From: Spirochaetaceae bacterium
GTDB taxonomy: Bacteria > Myxococcota_A > UBA9160 > UBA4427
DNA length: 64,000 bases
Direction of reading: 5' to 3'
Assembly: GCA_020632655.1 (NCBI GenBank)
Contig: JACKFD010000001.1
Location: 611,492-675,491 of the forward strand
This document shows positions 9,953 through 18,019 of this stretch, piece by piece. The notes beneath the pieces are model-generated. The model worked only from the letters and a program-made list of their open reading frames with translations. It was not told the origin of the DNA and searched no databases. Made by a program: the position numbers and the translations under genes. The first letter of the stretch is position 1; every line of letters begins with the position of its first letter.

Positions 9953-10546
9953 TTGGAACTCAACGTCGATTTCGACGAGAAGCTCGAGCAGCTGGCGAAG
10001 GTTCCGAAGCCGATCCGGCTCGCGGTCGTCTCGGCCGTCCTCGTGGCGATCGCCGTGGGCTACTGGTTCCTCGCGTACCAGCCCGCGCTGAGCGAGAAGA
10101 CGGTCCTGACGGCGAAGGCCCAGGAGCTCCAGAGGGAGCTGAACAACGCCCGAGCCGTCGCAGCGAAAGGCCCGGCCTTCGAGGCGGAGATCGCGGGTCT
10201 CGAACGCGACCTCGAGCTCGCCCTGAAGCAGCTCCCGAACCGCAAGCAGTTCGAGGACCTGCTCCAGGACATCAGCACGGCGGGCAAGAAGGTCGGTGTG
10301 ACGATCAAGTCCATCGATCGTGCGGCGGAGGTGCCGCGGGACTTCTATGCGGAAGTCCCCTTCGATCTCGAGATCGAGGGCTCCTATCACGACCTCGCGC
10401 GATTCTTCGAGATGGTCGCCGCCCTGCCACGCATCGTGAACATCGGAGCGCTGGACATCGACGTCGCCTCCGAGAACCAGACGGCGACGCGCCTCAAGGT
10501 GAGCGGGAAGGCCAAGACCTACCGCTTCCTGAGCGACGAGGCCTGA
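9953..10546 (+). CDS. pilO: Type IV pilus assembly protein PilO
   Basis: Single TM, coiled-coil, PilO-like C-terminus, and position between pilN and pilP. TTG start with GGGAGA upstream. Confidence 0.8.
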   Translation: MELNVDFDEKLEQLAKVPKPIRLAVVSAVLVAIAVGYWFLAYQPALSEKTVLTAKAQELQRELNNARAVAAKGPAFEAEIAGLERDLELALKQLPNRKQFEDLLQDISTAGKKVGVTIKSIDRAAEVPRDFYAEVPFDLEIEGSYHDLARFFEMVAALPRIVNIGALDIDVASENQTATRLKVSGKAKTYRFLSDEA

Positions 10547-10583
10547 GGTCATGAGGGTGGGAGCCGAGGAGCGGGGAGCTTTT

Positions 10584-11168
10584 ATGGGCATGAGACGGAC
10601 GTCGATCCTCCTGCTCGCGACCTTCGTCGTCTTGACGGCGGGCTGTGGCGAGGAAGACAACACGGGAGCCCCGACGAAGGCCGACTTCGCGGCCGAGCGC
10701 AAGGCGCTCGGGAAGGGCGGCAAGGCGCTCGCCAGGAAGTCGGACGAGAAGACGGGCCGCGACCAGGGCAAGGGCAAGTCGGGCGATCCGGTCGCCAGCA
10801 CGGGCTACGCGCAGGTCGAGCAGGACTACTTCTACGATGCTCGTGACAAGCGCGACCCGTTCCGCTCGTTCCGATTCGTGGAGGAGGATCCCGAAGAGAA
10901 GAACTTCGGGCCGCTCGGAGAGTTCGAGGTGGGTCAGCTCGAGCTCTCCGCCGTGATCTGGGACGCGACGAATCCGCGGGCCCTGATCCTCGATCCGGGC
11001 GGTCGCTCGTACATCATTCGCGAGGGCTCCGCGATCGGGAAGAACAACGGTCAGGTCATTCACATTGGCGACAACCTCGTCCTCGTCAAGGAAACCTACG
11101 AGAACTTCGCAGGTGAGCGGACGACGAAGGACGTGGAGTTGCGGATTCGTTTGAGCCAGGGAGGGTGA
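10584..11168 (+). CDS. pilP: Type IV pilus assembly lipoprotein PilP
   Basis: Signal peptide with lipobox LTAGC and an RDPFRSF motif typical of PilP. The track ORF starts at 10551; I prefer ATG 10584 (MGMRRTSILLL). Confidence 0.75.
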   Translation: MGMRRTSILLLATFVVLTAGCGEEDNTGAPTKADFAAERKALGKGGKALARKSDEKTGRDQGKGKSGDPVASTGYAQVEQDYFYDARDKRDPFRSFRFVEEDPEEKNFGPLGEFEVGQLELSAVIWDATNPRALILDPGGRSYIIREGSAIGKNNGQVIHIGDNLVLVKETYENFAGERTTKDVELRIRLSQGG

Positions 11169-14100
11169 GCTCGATGGTCGATCCGAGATTCGGATGGCTC
11201 GATAGGTGGATCCAGGGCGTGATCGTGGCGAGCGTCGCCGGGATCGTCGCACTGGGTTGTGCTTCGCCGCAGACGCCTGCTGGAGGGGCGTCGGACGAGA
11301 TGGCTCAGACGCTCGAGGGGGTCTCGGTCGCCCGAGAGGGCGAGGGCAGCGTCGTGCGGCTCGAGGGACTCGTGGACCCGATCTACTCGGTCACGAGCTC
11401 CGACGACGGCGACGTCGTCGTCGTGGAACTGGTGGGGGTGTCCGGCCCGGCCGCGACGAGCCTGATGGGTGAGATGGAGAAGACCCAGCAGGTTGCCGCG
11501 TATGATGGCGTCGTGGACCTGGTCACGATCTCGAGCTTCGACGACGAGGGTGGCGAGACGCCGCTCACGCGAGTCGAAGTCGTGCTCGCGGCGGCCGGGG
11601 AGGCCACGGTCTCGTCGACCGGCTCGGCCCTCGAGATTGCGATCCGACCCGCGACGGCGATGGAGTCCGGCGAGACGGCCTTCCTCGACGAGGACGCCGA
11701 GCTCGAAGAAGACCTCGACGAGGACGTCGAATCGATGGATTCCGACGTGACGCCCTGGAGCGAGGAGCTGGGCTTCGATGCGGAGTCGGGATTCGACGCC
11801 GCACCGGTCGCGAGCTCGACGGTCGCGCCGGCCCCGGCGGCGACGGAGCTCTCGAAGGTGTCGACGAGCCGTCACGGCGACGGCGTGCTGGTGTCGCTGG
11901 AAGCCGACGGGAACATCGGCAGCCTCGAGGCCTTCACGCTCTCGAATCCGGCGCGACTGGTGATCGATCTCCCCGGGCTCGTGATGGGGCCCGGTGCGAA
12001 GACGGTCGAGGTGGGCTCCGCGCTCGTCGAGCGTGTTCGGGTCGGCGCCCACTCCGGCAAGGTCCGGATCGTCGTCGACGGTGGCGCCGAGGCCGGAGAG
12101 TTCGAGGGGCGCCAGGTCATGCCCGGAGCGACGGGTGTCTGGGTGGCGATCGGTGAGGGCGCCGAGCTCGCGGATGCGATGAGCGCGGCCCTCGCGGCCT
12201 CGGAGTCGGCCTGGGCGGCGCGTGCGCCGGCAGGGTCGTCGGTGGCAGACGACGAGGAGCTCGAAGCGTTCGAGGCGCTCGTCGCCGAAGACGCAGACGC
12301 AGACGCAGGAGACGAGATGCTCACGGGCGGCGCCACCTTCGAGGAGGCGCCGGCGGCCCCGTCGGCGATGCCGGCGGAGCCTGCTCTGCCGCTCGCCGAG
12401 GTCTACGGTCTTCACTACGAGCGCACGGAAGGCATGGACCGCACGGCGATCCTGTCGGACGACACGATCGCCTACGAGACGAGTGAGCCCGACGCGACGA
12501 CGCTGGTCGTACGGATCCCGAACGCTCGGATCTCGCAGGAGGCGTCGGATCGGATCTTCCCGAAGACGGGGGGGCCGGTCTCGCTGATCCATGCGTTCCA
12601 GCAGCCCGAGGTGGACGTGCCGGAGGTGCGGGTGGTCTTCACGCGCGCACCGGGACAGAAGCCCGTGATCAGCCGGCGTGGCTCGATGCTCTTCGTCGAC
12701 TTCGAGGATCGGGGCGTCGCGGCGGCGCCGCCGCCGGCCTTCCCGAACGCGGGCGGCGAGGCGTCGCTCGCGTCGACCATGCCCACGGCCGAGAGCCTGG
12801 CGACGCGGTCGGCACCGACTTCGGCCGAGGGGGCGGAGCTCGCCTTCGCGACCGGGGGCTCGATGGACGCGGGTGGAGCCACGGGATTCGGCATGGCCGA
12901 GGAGGAGACCTTCTCCACCGCGCCGATGGGGCTGGATCCGGCGGCGGCCGTCGCTGCGATGCCTGCGGCCGCGGATACGGCGGCCGTCTGGACGCCTCCC
13001 TCGGCGCCCGCCGTGCCGGCGGCCGTGGAGGTGCCGGCGGCGATCGAGGTGCTCGAGGAGGGCGGTCTGATCGACGGCAAGGAGTACCGGGGGCGACGCG
13101 TCTCCCTCGACTTCAAGGACGTCGCGATCGCCGACGTGCTCCGTCTGATCGCCGAGGTGAGCGACCTCAACATCATCGCCGGGGACGAGGTCTCCGGGAA
13201 GGTGACGATCCGCCTGGTGGAGGTGCCCTGGGACCAGGCCCTCGACGTGATCCTCATGACCAAGGGCCTGGGCTTCGTGCGGGTCGGCAACGTCCTGCGC
13301 ATCGCGCCGGCCGACGTGCTCAAGGCCGAGGAGGAGGTCCGCCTCCAGGAGCGCCGGAACAAGGAGAAGCTCGAAGATCTCGAGGTCAAGCTCCTCCCGG
13401 TGAACTACGCGTCCGTGAAGGACACGGAGAGCCTGGTCAAGCGGCTGCTCTCGGCCCGCGGCACGGTCAACCTCGACGAGCGCACGAACACCCTCATCAT
13501 CAAGGACATCAGCTCCGTGATCGACGAGGCCAGCGCGCTCATCGCGGCGATCGACACGCAGACGCCGCAGGTCATGATCGAGGCCAAGATCGTCGAGGCG
13601 AACCTCGACTTCTCCCGCGAGCTCGGCTCGGTCTGGGGGGTCCAGACGAACCAGTTCGTCGACCCCTTCAACCAGACCGGTCTGCGCCAGGACCTCGGCA
13701 GCGAGGATCTGACCTTCGTCGACCAGAACAGCCTGGCCTTCGCCAACCCGATCACCTCCGTGCCCACGGGCCTCATGACCCTCGGCGCCCTGATCCTCGA
13801 TCAGGACTTCCGGGTCGATGCCCAGATCCAGGCGGCGGAGTCCTCGGGTGACGGCAAGGTCGTGTCGAGCCCGCGCATCGTGACCCTCGACAACCGGGAG
13901 GCGAAGATCGAGCAGGGTGTCTCGATTCCCTTCCAGACCTTCGAGGGTGGCGATGCCAAGCTCGAGTTCGTGGACGCCGTGCTCTCGCTGATCGTCACGC
14001 CGCACATCACGGCGGACGAGAGCATCATCATGGAGATCGAGGTGACTCGGAACGCGCCGGACGATTCGGTCCAGACGCCGACCGGCTCGCCCGCGATCGC

Positions 14101-14329
14101 CAAGAACGCGGCGGAGACGGAGACGCTCGTGAAGGACGGTCAGACGCTGGTGCTCGGTGGCATCTACACCATCGTCAAGAGCCAGCGGCAGAGCCGGGTT
14201 CCCTATCTGCACCGGATTCCGGTGATCGGGAACGCCTTCAAGAACAACGAGGTCACCGACAATCGCAAGGAGCTGCTGGTCTTCGTGACGCCGCGCATCG
14301 TGCGGCTGCCGGAGATGGCGCGCAACTAG
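11165..14329 (+). CDS. pilQ: Type IV pilus secretin PilQ with multiple N-terminal AMIN-like domains
   Basis: C-terminal secretin core (VSSPRIVTLDNREAKIEQGVSIPF..., VLGGIY...VPYLHRIPVIGNAFK). Three AMIN-like beta-rich modules are separated by acidic/Ala-Pro low-complexity linkers. The start overlaps the pilP stop. Confidence 0.92.
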   Translation: MSSMVDPRFGWLDRWIQGVIVASVAGIVALGCASPQTPAGGASDEMAQTLEGVSVAREGEGSVVRLEGLVDPIYSVTSSDDGDVVVVELVGVSGPAATSLMGEMEKTQQVAAYDGVVDLVTISSFDDEGGETPLTRVEVVLAAAGEATVSSTGSALEIAIRPATAMESGETAFLDEDAELEEDLDEDVESMDSDVTPWSEELGFDAESGFDAAPVASSTVAPAPAATELSKVSTSRHGDGVLVSLEADGNIGSLEAFTLSNPARLVIDLPGLVMGPGAKTVEVGSALVERVRVGAHSGKVRIVVDGGAEAGEFEGRQVMPGATGVWVAIGEGAELADAMSAALAASESAWAARAPAGSSVADDEELEAFEALVAEDADADAGDEMLTGGATFEEAPAAPSAMPAEPALPLAEVYGLHYERTEGMDRTAILSDDTIAYETSEPDATTLVVRIPNARISQEASDRIFPKTGGPVSLIHAFQQPEVDVPEVRVVFTRAPGQKPVISRRGSMLFVDFEDRGVAAAPPPAFPNAGGEASLASTMPTAESLATRSAPTSAEGAELAFATGGSMDAGGATGFGMAEEETFSTAPMGLDPAAAVAAMPAAADTAAVWTPPSAPAVPAAVEVPAAIEVLEEGGLIDGKEYRGRRVSLDFKDVAIADVLRLIAEVSDLNIIAGDEVSGKVTIRLVEVPWDQALDVILMTKGLGFVRVGNVLRIAPADVLKAEEEVRLQERRNKEKLEDLEVKLLPVNYASVKDTESLVKRLLSARGTVNLDERTNTLIIKDISSVIDEASALIAAIDTQTPQVMIEAKIVEANLDFSRELGSVWGVQTNQFVDPFNQTGLRQDLGSEDLTFVDQNSLAFANPITSVPTGLMTLGALILDQDFRVDAQIQAAESSGDGKVVSSPRIVTLDNREAKIEQGVSIPFQTFEGGDAKLEFVDAVLSLIVTPHITADESIIMEIEVTRNAPDDSVQTPTGSPAIAKNAAETETLVKDGQTLVLGGIYTIVKSQRQSRVPYLHRIPVIGNAFKNNEVTDNRKELLVFVTPRIVRLPEMARN

Positions 14330-14384
14330 CCGGGCGAACCGGCAATCGGGATCCAGCGAGGTCCCGACCGGCGGCCCGAAGGAC

Positions 14385-14415
14385 GGGGGGAGCTTGATGC
14401 TCCCCCCGTTTTTCT
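14385..14415 (+). terminator. Rho-independent terminator after pilQ
   Basis: Perfect 9-bp GC stem GGGGGGAGC / GCTCCCCCC with a TTGAT loop, followed by GTTTTTCT. Confidence 0.65.
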
Positions 14416-14427
14416 ATACTGCCGCCC

Positions 14428-16170
14428 GTGTCGAAGAAGAGACCCGTCTTCCTGGTGGGCATGATGGGGGCGGGCAAGTCGACGGTCGGGCCGGCGCTCG
14501 CCGCTCGTCTCGGTCGGCGTTTCTTCGATTCGGACGAAGAGATCGAGCGGCGGGCCGGGCGGTCGATTCCGGCGATCTTCGAGGACGAGGGCGAGTCGGG
14601 GTTCCGGGCGCGCGAGGTCGCGGCGATCGGGTCGCTGGCCGAGCACGAGGACGGAGCGGTCGTGATCGCACTCGGCGGCGGTGCGATCGTCCAGCCCGGC
14701 GCGCTCGAGCGACTGCGCGCCCGGGGCGAGATCGTCCTGCTCGAGGCGGACGCCGCCGTGCTGGCGCGCCGGGTCGGGGCGGGGAGCGGGCGACCGCTGC
14801 TCGCCGGCCTGTCCGCGAGAGCGCGGGCCGAACGCATCGAGGCGCTGCTCGCGGAGCGCCGCCCCTGGTACGAGGCCGCCGACCATCGCGTCGACGCCGA
14901 CGCGGGGGTCGACGAGGTGGTCGACCGGATCGTGGCGGCGCTGCGACGCGATTCCGGGTCGGGGAACGGAGCACGACGAAGCATGAGCGAGTCAGGAGCC
15001 AGGGCGCCGAAGCGCGCGGCCAGGACGGGATCGAAGGGGGCCCCTGCGTCCGCGCGTCCGTCCAAACGAAGCGCGAAGGGCGAGGGACGGGTCCACGCCC
15101 GCGTCCCCGTCGCCCTGGCCGATCGCAGCTACGCCATCGAGCTCGGTCAGGACTGGCTGACGACGATCGGGCGAAGGATCGGAGATCTGCTCGCGTGCGA
15201 GCGCATCGCGCTCGTCACCGTACCGACCGTCGCCCGGCGCTATGCGCCCCGGCTGTCGAAGGGCCTCACCGCGAGCGGCGCCCGTGTCGGGCGCATCGTC
15301 GTGCCCGACGGAGATGCGACGAAGAACCCGCGCGAGCTCGCGCGACTCTGGGACCGCTTCCTGGACCTGGGCCTCGATCGGCACTCGGCGGTCGTGACCC
15401 TCGGCGGCGGCGTCGTCGGCGACCTGGGGGGCTTCGCGGCGGCGACCTTCCTGCGCGGCATTCCCTTCGTGCAGGTACCGACGACGGTGCTCGCCATGGT
15501 CGACGCCTCGATCGGCGGCAAGACGGGCATCAACCTCGCCCGGGGCAAGAACCTGGTCGGCGCCTTCCATCAGCCCCGCGGCGTCTTCATCGACATCGAC
15601 ACCCTGCGCTCGCTGCCCCGACGCGAGCGGGCGGCCGGGGCGGCGGAGCTGATCAAGGCGGCGGCGATCTGGGACGCCGAGCTCTTCGCGTGGCTCGAAT
15701 CGGAGATCGAGGCGTTCCTCGACCTGGAGCCTTCCGTGGTGCTGCACGCGTTGGAACGCGGCTGTGCGATCAAGGCCGAGGTCGTCGCGCGGGACGAGCG
15801 GGAGGGGGGGCTGCGGCGCCTGCTCAACTTCGGCCATACGCTGGCCCACGCGATCGAGACCCACGCCCGCTACCGCGGCATCCTGCACGGCGAGGCCGTC
15901 TCGATCGGCATGGTCTTCGCGGCGGAGCGCTCCGAGGCCCTCGGTCTCTCGCCGGCCGGCACCCGGGATCGCCTGGCGGCGCTGCTCGAGCGGGCGGGTC
16001 TCCCCACGCGAGCGCCGGATCGCCCGCGACGTGCTTATCTATCCGCGATTGCCGTCGATAAGAAGAAGCAAGGCGGCAACATCCACTTCGTCGTCCTGAA
16101 GGGCATCGGCAACGCCGGCACGGTCTCGCTCTCGCCTCGAGAGATCCTGCCGCCGGGTTGGAAGCCCTGA
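14428..16170 (+). CDS. aroKB: Fused shikimate kinase / 3-dehydroquinate synthase (AroK-AroB)
   Basis: N-terminus GMMGAGKSTVG...FFDSDEEIE (AroK). C-terminus GGGVVGDLGGFAAATFLRGIPFVQVPTTVLAMVDASIGGKTGINL (AroB). One uninterrupted ORF joined by a ~50-aa basic Ser/Ala/Arg/Lys linker. Confidence 0.9.
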   Translation: MSKKRPVFLVGMMGAGKSTVGPALAARLGRRFFDSDEEIERRAGRSIPAIFEDEGESGFRAREVAAIGSLAEHEDGAVVIALGGGAIVQPGALERLRARGEIVLLEADAAVLARRVGAGSGRPLLAGLSARARAERIEALLAERRPWYEAADHRVDADAGVDEVVDRIVAALRRDSGSGNGARRSMSESGARAPKRAARTGSKGAPASARPSKRSAKGEGRVHARVPVALADRSYAIELGQDWLTTIGRRIGDLLACERIALVTVPTVARRYAPRLSKGLTASGARVGRIVVPDGDATKNPRELARLWDRFLDLGLDRHSAVVTLGGGVVGDLGGFAAATFLRGIPFVQVPTTVLAMVDASIGGKTGINLARGKNLVGAFHQPRGVFIDIDTLRSLPRRERAAGAAELIKAAAIWDAELFAWLESEIEAFLDLEPSVVLHALERGCAIKAEVVARDEREGGLRRLLNFGHTLAHAIETHARYRGILHGEAVSIGMVFAAERSEALGLSPAGTRDRLAALLERAGLPTRAPDRPRRAYLSAIAVDKKKQGGNIHFVVLKGIGNAGTVSLSPREILPPGWKP

Positions 16171-16250
16171 TCGCCGTCTCGCGAGCGGGGCGAGCGGGAC
16201 GCGGGGTGGGCGCAGAGCCGAGCGGGGGGAACGTGGAGCCTGGACACTCG

Positions 16251-16949
16251 ATGCTGACGCGCCGGGAGCGGTTGGAGCGGATCGCGATGGCCGAGCGCGA
16301 TCGTCGCGCCGGACGAGTCGGTCTGGCCATCGCCGCGATCGGCGAGCCCGCCGAGTGGGCGGCGCGTGCGGTGCTCGCGCTGGCGCATCTTCCGGTCGGA
16401 GCCGGCGAGGAGGCCCGGCGCATCCTCGAGGAAGGACTCGATCGCTGGGCGGCCGACCTCGGATTGGCCCCGCTCGACGCCGCACCGGTATCCGCGACGC
16501 CGATGGCGCCGGAGGCGGTGCCCAGCGCGGTCGCCGCGGCGCGACCCGCCGCGGCCGCCGATCTGCACGATGCGATCGAGGTCGACGAGCTCGAGCGGGC
16601 CTTCGCCGAGGCCGAGGCCGAGGTCGAGGCCATGCACGACGTGAACTCGGTGGCCGCACGCGTGTTGATGGACGAGCCCTTCGGATTGATGGAGCTGGGG
16701 GCGGACGAGCCGGCGGCGGGCGGCGGGGTCTCGCTGCACGACGTCGAGCCGATCGCGGACCTCGACCTCGTCCCGGACGTCCTGCCGATGGACGCGGCCG
16801 TCGTCGAGGAGTCGGTCCATCGACGTGCCGCCCGGGAAGAGCAGGCCGTCGGACGGGGCGCGGAGCGCGGTCCGCGAGCCGACGTGATCGCGACGCTCGA
16901 GCGCTGGCTCGGCAATCTCGAACGGCGCAGGGCGAGGAGGGCGCAATGA
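16251..16949 (+). CDS. Hypothetical acidic protein (no recognisable domain)
   Basis: ORF with a GC-rich third position. ATG at 16251. Its stop overlaps the start of the next gene (ATGA). No motif recognised. Confidence 0.5.
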   Translation: MLTRRERLERIAMAERDRRAGRVGLAIAAIGEPAEWAARAVLALAHLPVGAGEEARRILEEGLDRWAADLGLAPLDAAPVSATPMAPEAVPSAVAAARPAAAADLHDAIEVDELERAFAEAEAEVEAMHDVNSVAARVLMDEPFGLMELGADEPAAGGGVSLHDVEPIADLDLVPDVLPMDAAVVEESVHRRAAREEQAVGRGAERGPRADVIATLERWLGNLERRRARRAQ

Positions 16950-17329
16950 GCTTCGAGCGGTTGCTGCAGAAGATCGTCGACGAGGCGGGGGGTGGACTCG
17001 GTGCGGCGCTGATGGGGCTGGACGGGATTCCCGTGGCCCAGGTCTCGCGCAGGGACGACGGCGACGCGGGCGGGGATCCGCTCGAGGGCGACGTCACGAG
17101 CGCGGGCATCGAGTTCGGGCGCATCCTCGCGGACATGACCAAGGCTTCGGACTCGCTCGGGACCGGCCTGCTGCGGGAGGCGGTCGTCTCCCTCGCGCGG
17201 GTCACGCTCGTCTTCCACACGGTCGACGACGAGCTGATGCTCGTGCTCGCCCTCCGGCCCGATGGCAATCTCGGCAAGGCGCGCTACCTCATCCGCCGCA
17301 ATCTCCTCGAGATCCGCGCCGAGCTCTAG
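16946..17329 (+). CDS. Roadblock/LC7 domain protein, MglC/MglB-like
   Basis: 127 aa. The pattern GGLGAALMGLDGIPVA...LREAVVSLARVTLVFHTVDDELMLVLAL is typical of the Roadblock/LC7 fold. It lies next to the pil genes, as I recall for M. xanthus mglC. Confidence 0.7.
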   Translation: MSFERLLQKIVDEAGGGLGAALMGLDGIPVAQVSRRDDGDAGGDPLEGDVTSAGIEFGRILADMTKASDSLGTGLLREAVVSLARVTLVFHTVDDELMLVLALRPDGNLGKARYLIRRNLLEIRAEL

Positions 17330-17374
17330 CCGCGTGGTCCGGATCGCGAGCGCAGCCACGCGGAGGGGTGTCGC

Positions 17375-17824
17375 GTGCGGATTCTCGTGATCCACGGACC
17401 GAACCTCAATCTGCTCGGACGCCGGGAGCCCGACGTCTACGGCAAGCAGACCCTCGCGGACATCGACGCGGACCTCGCGGCGGCCGCCGCCGAGCTCGAC
17501 GTATCGCTCGATGTCTTCCAGTCGAACCACGAGGGCGAGCTGATCGATCGGATCCAGCAGGCCATGGGCGTGGCCGACGGCATCCTCATCAATCCGGGCG
17601 GCTACACCCACTCGAGCGTCGCCTTGCGGGATGCGCTGGCCGCGACGGCGCTGCCGATCGTCGAGGTGCATCTCTCGAACGTCTTCGCGCGCGAGCCCTT
17701 CCGCCATCACTCCTACGTCTCGCCGATCGCGCTGGGCGTGGTCTCGGGGCTGGGCGCCCGGGGCTATCGCTACGGGCTCGATGCGCTCGTGCGGCACGCG
17801 CGAGGCGCGCAGAGCCGGGCCTGA
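17375..17824 (+). CDS. aroQ: Type II 3-dehydroquinate dehydratase
   Basis: [23 protein letters not shown]...[16 protein letters not shown]...VEVHLSN, the canonical AroQ motifs. Confidence 0.93.
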   Translation: MRILVIHGPNLNLLGRREPDVYGKQTLADIDADLAAAAAELDVSLDVFQSNHEGELIDRIQQAMGVADGILINPGGYTHSSVALRDALAATALPIVEVHLSNVFAREPFRHHSYVSPIALGVVSGLGARGYRYGLDALVRHARGAQSRA

Positions 17825-18019
17825 AGCCGCCCTCGGCGATTCGCGTTATCGGTGGTGTAGAGGCCTTCGCATCCCCCTGGGAGCAGGCTTTCGGGCGTCC
17901 CCCGAACCCCACGCCGAAGTCTCAAGGGGCCTCCTGGCTCGCCGATAGGGATGGGCGAGGGGCACTTCGGACGACGCTGGTCCCTCGCCCGTCCGTCGCG
18001 TCGCCGTGCTGAGGGATCA

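Noticed and set aside
11165-11270. PilQ as a lipoprotein (IVALGC near the N-terminus)
   Set aside because: The A-L-G-C sequence fits the lipobox only imperfectly, and secretins are usually not lipidated. This needs a dedicated predictor.
11096-14212. 1038-aa ORF antisense to pilQ
   Set aside because: It is extremely Arg/Asp/His/Gly-rich with no motifs. The opposite strand encodes a clear secretin. This is the typical long open antisense frame of ~70% GC DNA.
16158-16250. Longer start for the acidic hypothetical ORF, overlapping the aroB 3' end
   Set aside because: The extension is Gly/Arg-rich and overlaps aroKB. ATG 16251, with a GGAG upstream, is more plausible.
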